A stretch of 64,000 nt of DNA from Octopus sinensis (Eukaryota): positions 83,514,001-83,578,000 of the forward strand of contig NC_042998.1 in assembly GCF_006345805.1 (NCBI RefSeq), given 5' to 3'. Of this stretch, positions 26,404 to 36,786 are shown piece after piece. A model generated the notes under the pieces. That model was given only the letters and a program-made list of their open reading frames with translations. It was not told the DNA's origin and did not search any database. Every line of letters starts with the position of its first letter. The stretch's first letter is position 1. Position numbers and translations under genes: made by a program.

Positions 26404-27760
26404 CTTCAGGTAGATGGCCCTGCTCAATCTGTAGAAGAGGCATAGGTAGAAATTCTATAAGATGTACCAGTGTAAGCTATGGACACATAAGAGGTGCAGC
26501 AATATCAAAGGAAGGCTAACTGGGAAGATAGTTTTTGTATGTGGCAGATGCTCAGGAGCAATAAACACTGAAAATGTGCAGAGAACAACTTCCACCACAT
26601 TTCAGGGAGAAAAACTAGAAGTAGTTGATAGCTTCCATTACCTAGGTGACCAAGTCAGTAGTGGGGGAGGGTGTGCTGAAAGTGTAGCTGCTAGAATAAG
26701 AATAGCCTGGCAAAGTTCAGAGAGTTCTTACCTCTGCTGGTGACAAAGGGCCTCTTGCTCAAAATAAAAGGTAGACTGTATGACACATGTGTACGGACAG
26801 CCATGCTACATGGCAGTGAAATATGGGCTGTGACTGCTGAGGACATGCATAAACTCACAGGGAATGAAGCCAGTATGCTCCGAGGGATGTGTAATGTCAG
26901 TGTGCATACTCGACAGAGTGTAAGTACCTTGAGAGAAAAGTTGGACCTAAGAAGCATCAGATGCGGTATACAAGAGAGACAACTGCACTGGTATGGTCAT
27001 GTGGTGAGAATGGATGAGGATAGCTGTGTGAAAAAGTGCCACACCCAAGCAGTTGAGGGAACTTGTGGAAGAGGCAGACTCAGGAAGACCAGGGATGAGG
27101 TGGTGAAGCACGACCTTTGAACATTAGGCCTAACCGAGGCAATGACTAGTGACTGAGACCTTTGGAAATATGCGGTACTTGAGAAGACCTGGCAAGCCAA
27201 GTGAGATCATAATCTCGTAGCCTATGCCAGGGGTGTAACCAGCCCACTTATGCGTACCTTTCCTTCATTGGACACTAAACTCTGCTGGCGAAGACTTGTT
27301 GAGGCGAGTGAAATCGAAATCAAATTCGATGACTAGCATCCGTGCAAATGGAGCACTAAGAGCACCATCCGAGCATGATCGTTGCCAGAGCAGCTGACTG
27401 GTTTCCGTGCCGATGACATGTAAAAAGCACCGTTTGTCTGTGCTCATTACCAGCGTCGCCTTACTGGTACGTGAAAAAACATTCGAGTGAGGTTGTTGCC
27501 AGTGCTGCTGGACTGGCTCTTGTGCAGGTGGCACATAAAAAACACCATTTGAGTGTGGCTGCTGCCAGTACCACCTGAGTGGCCCTTGTGCCGGTGGCAC
27601 ATAAAAGCACCTACTACACTCTCAGAGTGGTTGGCGTTAGGAAGGGTATCCAGCTGTAGAAACCATGCCCAAGCTGACAAGAAGCACAATGCAGCCCTGA
27701 GGCTCACCAGATCCTGTCAAAGAGTTCAGCTAATGCCAGTATGAAAAACAGACATTGAAT
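26404..27760 (+). pseudogene. 5'-truncated, decayed RTE copy (PHD finger to C terminus) plus 3' UTR of a different subfamily
   Basis: The translation matches the C-terminal ~270 aa of the 16375 ORF. Frameshifts near 26469 and 26710; CGA>TGA stop at 27118. The 3' UTR diverges from the 15568 copy immediately after the stop. Confidence 0.9.
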
Positions 27761-28331
27761 GAGGATAAGCTTCCATACTGTTTCCATCTTCCAAACCCAC
27801 TCACAATGCTTTGGTTAGCCTTGGGCTATAATAGAAGACATTTTCCCAAGGTGCCACAGAGCCTGAAATTTGTGAGATCGGTCTAGTTGAATTGCATTGA
27901 CCCCAGTGTTCAACTGGTACTTATTTCATTAATCTCAAAGCGCATAAAACGCAAAGTTAATCTTAGCATAATAATAATAATAATAATGATAATAATAATA
28001 AAGGTGGTTAGGAAGAGCATCCAGCTGTAAAAACCATGCCAAAACAGACACAGAAGTCTGGTGCAGGCCCCTGCCTGGCTAGCTCCAGTCAAACCGTCAA
28101 ACCCATGCCAACTTGGAAAGCAGGCAAATAATAATAATAATGATAATAATGATGATTATGATGATGATACAGAGCACTAAACGGTAGTGCAATAACTTGG
28201 AAGGAAGCGAGAAACATAAACAAATCATGAGATGTGAATAAACTTTTGCCACTCCTACAACTATTATTATCAGACAGATATCATATCAACAGATATGCAC
28301 ACCTACAAGAAACAACATATACTTATATATA

Positions 28332-28438
<107 letters not shown>

Positions 28439-28770
28439 CACACACACACACATAGATAAAATGTTAGTTACTTTGTTAGTTGCATTAGCAAAAGGAAGGT
28501 AATATAAATCAATAAAGACAAGAAAGAGCAGAAGGAAGAAAGAAAGAAAGACAGAGAAGGAAGAGAGACAGACAGAGAGAGGAGGAGTGACATGGTGGGG
28601 GTGGGGAGAGAAAGAGAAGGAGAAGAATAAAACTGTTTAAATGTCAGTACTTCCAAACTGAGGTGCAGTTTCAAATTACTAAAACATGTGTTATTTGGCA
28701 AAGTTACCTTAATTTCAGTTGAAGATTCTTTTAATGACAATACCACGTAGACATATGCACATCCGGCTGT

Positions 28771-28810
<40 letters not shown>

Positions 28811-29785
28811 AATAAAGAGTGAAGCAGCTGACCTTGCTACAGATAGGGACCAATAGCAAAAGAAGATTGGCCCAGTGTTTTCCAAACACAGCAATCTCTT
28901 ACATTGTGAAAATAGAATTTAACTCTTTCATTACTGTAATTATTTTGAGATGCTCTGTGTTTCTCTCAATTACTTTAAATACAACAAAGAATTTAGTAAA
29001 ATAACTTAGTTATCATTAAGTTAGTGTTAGGAACATAAATTGTGACTTAGGTTTGGTGGAAGATTTTGATTCAAAACTTATGGAAACAAGACATTTGTAC
29101 TCAGAGCCAGAGCTGGTTTCAGTCAGGTTAGTAACAAAAGGGTTAAAGAAAGACCAGTTGAGGTGTTTCTTTTGTGGTTAAGGTATTCACTGCCCACCCT
29201 AGTGGTTTCAGGTTGACTCCCACAGCATTGGCATGTTGGACAAGGGTCAAACTTAGTTTGACAGACAACAGCAAAATTAGCACCAAACTCCTAAAAACAA
29301 TAATTATTGGGGTTAATATCACATGATCAACCAGACTATCAGGTGTTGTTATACATCACTATGTACAATGTACTTTGCATCATTTTAACTTTTGTATGAT
29401 GCTACCCAACTGGCTAGGCGAGCAGGCCAGCATTCTCCCTGATCAGAAGACTATTCTGTCACAGTGGTACCCTATTTACAGTTGGGCAGACTGAGCAATG
29501 TGAAATGAAGTATTTTGCTCAAAAACACAGTGTACAGCTGATCAAGGAATCAAAACCTTGATCTCACAATTATGAGGACAACACACCTAACCACTGGGTC
29601 ATGCACCTTCACAGAGGAGAGAAGAGTGGGCATAAAATTGACTAAATCTTTGAAGGCAGTGCTTTGATTTAGCTGCTATGTCTAGCTAGATAAGCAGCTA
29701 CATAATGGTTCCCAGGTAAGCTTGTGAGTTCAAAAGATTGGTGAAAGATGGGATTGACTCACAAAGCAATTAAACAAAAATTTAC

Positions 29786-30195
29786 CTGTACTGGTGCCAT
29801 GTATAAAGCGCCTGTGCTGGTGCCACATATAAAGCACTCATGCTTGTGCAGCATATAAAGTGTCCAAGCTGATGTCATGTACAAAGCACCCATGCTGGTG
29901 CCACATACAAAGCACCCGTGCTGGTGCCGTACATAAAGCACCCATGCCCATATAAAGCTCTCATGCTGGTGCCATGTAAAATGCATCCGTACTGGTGCTA
30001 CAAATGAAGCACCCATGCTGGTGCCACATGCAAAGCACCCATGCTGGTGCCACGTATAAAGTACCCATGCTGGTATCACATATAAAGCACCTGTGCTGGT
30101 GCCATGTATAAAGCACTTGTACTGGTGTCACGTATAAAGCAACCATGCTGGTACCACGCATAAAGCACCTGTGCTGGTGCCATGTAAAAAGCACC
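29786..30195. repeat. 26-bp minisatellite (~16 units) inside an RTE-tail element that ends at ~30360
   Basis: Unit ATGCTGGTGCCACATATAAAGCACCC, followed by the standard tail ...AAGGGCATCC...ATGATGATGATG. Confidence 0.9.
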
Positions 30196-31468
30196 CTGTA
30201 TACTTTGTAAAGTGATTGGTATTAAGAAGGGCATCCTGGCATAGAAAGCATGCCAAAACAGACAATTCAAGCCTGATGTAGGTCTCCAGCTTACCTAGCT
30301 CCTGTCAAACCACCAAACTCATGCCAGCATAGAGAACAAATATTAAATGATGATGATGACAGAATAGCTAATGTTTTGTGTGATATCAGGAGTTATATCA
30401 GTAAAACTAGAAAGACAGTGAGCTGGCAGAATGGTTAGCATGCTGGGCAAAATGCTTAGCAGTATTTCGCCTGTTGCTACATTCTGAGTTCAAGTTCCAC
30501 CGAGGTCAACTTTGCCTTTTAACCTCTCAGGGTCGATAAACTAAGTACCAGTTGTGTACTGGGGTCATTCTAATCAACTGGCCCCCTCCCCACAAATTTC
30601 AGGCCTTGTGCCTATAATAGAAAGGTTACATCAGTAAAACTAGAGATAAAAGATGGAAGGGAGGATTTACTGAAAGAGTAAAAGAGAATGGTTACCTTAT
30701 CATCATAGGATGTCATTATTATCAGTTGTTTTTAACCCTTTTATTACCATATTCTTGTTAAAATATACTGCCTGCATTTATTTCAATAAATTCAGAAGAT
30801 AATGAAGAATTTAATAAACATCTTTGCTGGTGCTACATAAAAAGCGCTTATACTGGTGCCATATTAAAGTACCCATGCAGGTGTCACATAAAAGTCGCCC
30901 ATGCTGGTACCACAAGAATAGCATCCATTACACTCTGTAAAGTCATTGATGTTAGGAAGGGCATCCAGCAGTAGAAACCAAGCCAAAATAGGCGACCAGA
31001 GCCTGGTGCAGCCCTCTGACTTCTCAGCTTCTGTCAAACAGTTCAACCATCCCCAGTATAGAAAACGGACGTTAAATGATCAGGATAATGATAGTGTTTG
31101 GAATATATATATCAACATGAAATTTTGAGGGAGAGTTTTAATTTATATCAATTTAAGATTGGACTGCAGCCATACTGGGGTACTGCACTGAAGGACTTCG
31201 GTCAAACAAGTCGACGTCAGTACTTGTTATTTTTTGAAATCTGATACTTATTCTACCAGTCTTTCGTGCCAAAAACCGTTAAGTTATAGGGATATTACCA
31301 AAAAAACCACCAGTTGTCAAGCAATATGTGGGGACAAACAGACACACACACACACTCACACACAAACACACATACACACACATATATATATATGCGCCAT
31401 ACTAATACATTTGTTTGTTTGTACTCTACCTGCCTTCGTCTTTTGTTTATTTTCATAAACCTTCCCAT

Positions 31469-31499
<31 letters not shown>

Positions 31500-31569
31500 G
31501 CTAAATAAAATGAGACAATAAAGCCAAGGCAGTGTGAAATTTCTAGGACATTTCATAAAGAGAAAGGTA

Positions 31570-31617
31570 GTCTTACAGCTGTTTCAGGGATATAAAAGTT
31601 ATCCCATCATCAGAGAC
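31570..31617 (-). ncRNA. Minimal type I hammerhead ribozyme with intact catalytic core
   Basis: Minus strand: GTCT-CTGATGA-T-GGGATA-actttta-TATCCC-T-GAAA-CAGCTG-TA^AGAC. Stems I and II close, and ACAGCTGT is a perfect palindrome. Confidence 0.85.
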
Positions 31618-31857
31618 AATATGAGAGAGTTAAACAGATGGAAATAGTAGAGTTCAATATAAGAAGTTATGTTGGAAAGGGAGAGATATAGGGAGTATAA
31701 AAGGAAATATGAGAATAAAAATATGTTGCATGTTACAGTTGCAGTTCCATTATCCAAGAAATGCATTGTGTAGAATGGATAGAGAGGCTTCTTGTCCATG
31801 GTATGTAAATTCCGATAGGAGTTCATATTTTCTTATTACAAATGGATAGTGTGCATG

Positions 31858-31903
<46 letters not shown>

Positions 31904-32185
31904 TAATATGTTCAATAAGAAATAATTATTTTCGAAATTTTTTCTCATATGAGTTTTTACGCTATCTACCTGACAATTTCTGGTTAAGTTTTCCTTATTA
32001 AGTAGTTGTCCTTATTGCTAAATTTTATTCCGAAAAAACTTTTCCTCTCCCGAAATGCAATTCGTAAAAGTTTGCCATTCATCCGGATATAGTATATATA
32101 AACCCACCCATGTGCTTCGTTGATGTTGATCAGTTAGCTGATCGGCTTAAGCGAGGCAGGGTCGTTGTTTATTTATAGTATATTC

Positions 32186-32232
32186 AGGCCTGCTGATGAT
32201 TACGTAAGTATGAATCACTGTGATACAGGTCT
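32186..32232 (+). ncRNA. Type I hammerhead ribozyme, unit 1 (GAA instead of GAAA)
   Basis: AGGCCTG-CTGATGA-T-TAC-GTAA-GTA-T-GAA-TCAC-T-GTGA-TA^CAGGTCT. Confidence 0.8.
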
Positions 32233-32665
32233 ATATATTTTTAAATGTCTTCTTTGAAAAATTGCATTCGGTGGGATTAGTAATATTTTTGGTAGAAATG
32301 ACTGATTGTCCCTCTTAGCGTTATGGCGTGTATGTAGATGATGCCTCCTGGCATGTATGTATAATGCCCTCTATATATAAATTAATATGTTCAATAAGAA
32401 ATAATTATTTTCGAAATTTTTTCTCGTATGAGGTTTTTACGCTATCTACCTGACAATTTCTTGTTAAGTTTTCCTTATTAAGTAGTTGTCCTTAATTGCT
32501 AAATTTTATTCCGAAAAAAATTTTCCTCTCCCGAAATGCAATTCGTAAAAGTTTGCCATTCATCCGGATATAGTATATATAAACCCACCCATGTGCTTCG
32601 TGATGTTGATCAGTTAGCTGATCGGCTTAAGCGAGGCAGGGTCGTTGTTTATTTATAGTATATTC

Positions 32666-32712
32666 AGGCCTGCTGATGATTACGTAAGTATGAAATCACT
32701 GTGATCAGGTCT
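32666..32712 (+). ncRNA. Type I hammerhead ribozyme, unit 2 (lacks cleavage-site A17)
   Basis: AGGCCTG-CTGATGA-T-TAC-GTAA-GTA-T-GAAA-TCAC-T-GTGA-T-CAGGTCT. Confidence 0.8.
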
Positions 32713-33131
32713 AATATTTTAAATGTGTCTTCTTTGAAAAATTGCATTCGGTGGGATTAGTAATTTTTTGGTAGAAATGACTGATTGTCCCTCTTAGCGT
32801 TATGCGTGTATGTAGAATGCCTCCTGGCATGTATGTATAATGCCCTCTATATAAAATTAATATGTTCAATAAGAAATAATTATTTTCGAAATTTTTTCTC
32901 GTATGAGGTTTTTACGCTATCTACTGACATTTCTTGTTAAGTTTCCTTATTAAGTAGTTGTCCTTAATTGCTAAATTTTATTCCGAAAAAACTTTTCCTC
33001 TCCCGAAATGCAATTCGTAAAAGTTGCCATTCATATATAGTATATATAACCCACCCATGTGCTTCGTGATGTTGATCAGTTAGCTGATCGGCTTAAGCGA
33101 GGCAGGGTCGTTGTTTATTTATAGTATATTC

Positions 33132-33178
33132 AGGCCTGCTGATGTTACGTAAGTATGAAATCACTGTGATACAGGTCT
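33132..33178 (+). ncRNA. Type I hammerhead ribozyme, unit 3 (lacks A9)
   Basis: AGGCCTG-CTGATG-T-TAC-GTAA-GTA-T-GAAA-TCAC-T-GTGA-TA^CAGGTCT. Confidence 0.8.
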
Positions 33179-34579
33179 ATATATTTTTAAATGTCTTTCT
33201 TTGAAAAATTGCATTCGGTGGGATTAGTAATATTTTTGTAGAAATGACTGATTGTCCCTCTTAGCGTATGGCGTGTATGTAGAATGCCTCCTGGCATGTA
33301 TGTATAATGCCCTCTATATATAAATATATATATATATTATATATTATATAATATATTTAACAACATACACAAATAATACATATATAACTTGCATTCTGTC
33401 AGTTAAGATAGCAATGGTTTCAGTTGATTCGATCAATGTGACAGTCTGCTCATGAACTTAACGTGCAAATAGCTGAGGACTTCATAAACACGTATACCCT
33501 TGACACAGTCCCCAGGGAGATTCAGCATGACACAGAATGTGACAAGGCTGGCCCTTTATAACAGAGGCACAACTAGTTTTTGACAGCTGAGTGGACTGGA
33601 GCATCATAGAATAAAATGTCTTGCTCAAGGACACAACATGCCCCTGGTAATCAAACTCATGAGCTTAAGATCATGAGCCAAATACTCCTAACAACTTGCG
33701 CACACATGCACCACATACACACACACACATTTACACATGCATACACATACACACGCATACACAGACACACACATGCACACACACATGCATGCACACACAC
33801 ACATGCACACAAACACACACTCATGCACATGCACACACACATCTGATGAGCTTAGATATAATTTCCATCTACCAAATTCACTCATGTGGTATTAGTTGGC
33901 CCCACAGCTATCATACAAGACACTTGCCTAAAGTGCCAAGCAGTTGGGCTGAACTCAAAATCACATGGTTACAAATCAACAATCACTGAGATGCAGGGGT
34001 TAATAGATTCCACATCTTCTTTGGGATAACCCTTCATCTTGAGCTTCCTTTTCAAATGCTACTTCATCCTTTAGCATTAAAACTGGCCATATCAGCCCAA
34101 ATATTCTCCTTTATATTCAAACCAGCCAGATCCGATCCTCACACTTACCTGACAATGCTATTCTAAAAATAAACAATCACATCATCAAAATCTCAGATGG
34201 GTTTTTTGATGAAAACTGCTTGCCTTTCTTGACAAGAAAATGCGACAATGGAGTCAACTGATAGCCAGAACTGTCTTACTTTAATGTACATAAATGAATA
34301 AATGGCTGGGATATTTGGAACACGACTGTAAGGCGGTGTGTCCGATTCCTGGTGACATGTTGTGTTCTTGAGCAAGATATTTTACTTCATGTTGCTCCAA
34401 TCAATACAGCTGGCAAAAATGCATTGTACCTGTATTTCAAAAGGCCAGTCTTGTCACATTTGGTGGCAAGAGAACTACATTAAGAGTACACATGTTTGTG
34501 GAGTGCTCAGCCACTTGCACGTTAATTTCACTAGCAGGCTGATCTACTGACCAAATCATAACTGACAGAGAACTAGGCC

Positions 34580-34919
34580 ATATATATAAATATACATACA
34601 TATATATATATGTATATATATATATATAATATAACACTTATATATACGTACATACATATATATATATATATATATAACACTAATATATACATACATACAT
34701 ATATACATATATACATACATATATATATAACACTTATATATACATACATATATACATATATACATACATATATATAACACTTATATATACGTACATACAC
34801 ACATATATATATATATAATATATAACACTTATATACATACATATATATATAACACTTATATATACATACATATATATATAACACTTATATATACATACAT
34901 ATATATATAACACTTATAT

Positions 34920-34961
<42 letters not shown>

Positions 34962-35000
34962 CACTTATATATACATACATACATACATATACTTATACAA
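34580..35000. repeat. AT-rich minisatellite derived from (TA)n, unit ~ TATATAACACTTATATATACATACATA
   Basis: AACACTTATATATAC recurs about eight times at variable 20-45 bp spacing. Confidence 0.85.
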
Positions 35001-35264
35001 ATATACATACATATATATGTATATATATTTACACATACATGTGTAAAAGGTTGAATGTGGATTTGTCATTTAATTGGAGTGGTTTCCAAAAACATTTCCA
35101 ATACTGATTCTTCAAACTTTGCAGAGAGTAAATTGGCAAAGATATGAAAAGTAGTATTAGAATATTTAGTGTATGATTAATTTATAGAGTGAAGTACTAC
35201 AAATCCAATTATATTTGTCAAAAATGTAGGAGATAAGATGTTAAAAAGTTGTAAGAATTTTATT

Positions 35265-35340
35265 GATGCATACAATCGTTTCGTGCAGAGATATAAATTC
35301 ATTTTTGAATTTGCAAATATCATAGTACTCATCAGCATAG
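35265..35340 (-). ncRNA. Degenerate type I hammerhead motif in a Penelope-like relic (35040-35440)
   Basis: Minus strand: CTATG-CTGATGA-GTAC-[GATAT..AAATTCA-aaaa-TGAATTT..ATATC]-GCAC-GAAA-CGATTG-TA-TGCATC-AATAAA. Stem I is poor and stem II has one mismatch. Confidence 0.55.
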
Positions 35341-35442
35341 AGAAAACATAAAAGGAACTTTAAAAAAGTGCTGAGAAGTTGGATAGATGAGTTTCATGTT
35401 TATCTGTTCCTATCTATGTGTGATAGCGATGGATGTCATGCC

Positions 35443-35490
<48 letters not shown>

Positions 35491-35499
<9 letters not shown>

Positions 35500-35658
35500 A
35501 TTTAGGGTATCTAAGAGATACTACCACACTGGAAATAGCAGCTAAAACTTGACTCTAAAACCACATTAACTGTATTTCAAAACGCCAGTTTTAGAGTCAA
35601 GTTTTGACTGCTATTTCCAGTGTGGTGGCATCTCTTAGATACCCTAATTTATAATTTT
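35491..35658. repeat. Fold-back palindrome (71-bp arms, ~26-bp spacer)
   Basis: 35491-35561 is the reverse complement of 35588-35658 with about 5 mismatches. It lies between (TA)n tracts. Confidence 0.9.
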
Positions 35659-36360
35659 AATAATAATTATTACCTTTGAAGGTTTTTATTCCCATGCTAG
35701 CCACCTGATAAGTCTGGTATTTAAATAACGATCTTATCCTCATATATATATATATATATATATATATAGTCAGTCAATTCAAGGATGTCTTATCCTCATT
35801 AGGGATTAATAGATCTAAAATTTCATTGGTTTAATCTCCATCACATTAAAAGAAAATTTCTACATTGTGTTATGGTTTATAATAGTTGAATATAATAATA
35901 AGAAAATGGAGAGATAAATATGTGTATTTAATTTATTTGTATCATAGTTTGTTTTTAAGATATAAATACAAATAAATTTCTTTTTTAAAAAAAACACCAT
36001 AGAAGACCCCAAAACCTACACATGTTTTGATTCCAGATCCTTGGTAATACATTATTCAAAACACAAGTTATGAATTTGAATTCCTACAAGTAAGATGTAA
36101 CCTTCATTACCATTAAAACAAAAACCCTGAAGAGATTCTATCCCTTACAATTTAAATTCTTAAAATTGGATTTAACCCAAATGTTTTGAAAAATGTATTA
36201 CCAAGGAGCTAGAATCGAAACATGTAGGTTTTTGAGTCTTCAATGGTGTTTTATAAAAAAGAAATTTATTTGTATTTATATTTCAAAAATAAACTATGAT
36301 GCAAATAAATTTAATATACATATATTTATTTCTCCATTTTCCATATATATATATATATAT

Positions 36361-36577
36361 ACAATTGCAGCATGGAAGCCATTCAAGAAATACCCAAAAT
36401 CCGTTAGATTCACTTCAACATTTAAATTCCGTGCTGCACGGAATTTTGTCAGTGAACAGGTCGCGGTTTCAAAGTGACAAAAATATTTTGACAAATTAAA
36501 TTTAAATGTTGAAGTGAATCTAACTAATTTGGTGTGTTTCTTAAATGGCTTCTAAACACCTTCCACGCTGCAATTGT
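36361..36577. repeat. Fold-back element with an internal perfect hairpin
   Basis: Arms 36361-36428 and 36499-36577 (GTTAGATTCACTTCAACATTTAAATT / AATTTAAATGTTGAAGTGAATCTAAC). Internal AAATTCCGTG-ctg-CACGGAATTT at 36424-36446. Confidence 0.8.
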
Positions 36578-36786
36578 TTTCGTTCCAGCACACAATCTCA
36601 GATCAGGTCACTTGCTATGCAAGTACATCTCCAATATATATATATATATATATCTGCAGAGAGCTAAGCCATATATACCTGGATAGATACATATTTACAT
36701 GCATACATACCTGTATATAAACATATATACTAGCGGAAATATACAGATACATACCTGCATATGGACGTATGTAAATACATATATAC

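Larger units (their letters stand above)
31901..33322 (+). repeat. Tandem array of three ~475-bp hammerhead-bearing units (retrozyme-like / Penelope pseudo-LTR-like), flanked by (TA)n
   Basis: Units start at 31901, 32380 and 32855 (AATTAATATGTTCAATAAG...TAATGCCCTCTATATA) and are near-identical apart from small indels. Confidence 0.95.

Noticed and set aside
29786-30195. CRISPR-like appearance of the 26-bp and 61-bp arrays
   Set aside because: Units are contiguous and degenerate with no unique spacers, there are no cas genes, and the context is eukaryotic.
31901-33322. Possible mitochondrial insertion or coding remnant in the AT-rich tandem unit
   Set aside because: No mitochondrial gene, tRNA or convincing RT/GIY-YIG translation was recognised in any frame. 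Short resemblances on the minus strand (e.g. FENNYFLLN) are too weak to call.
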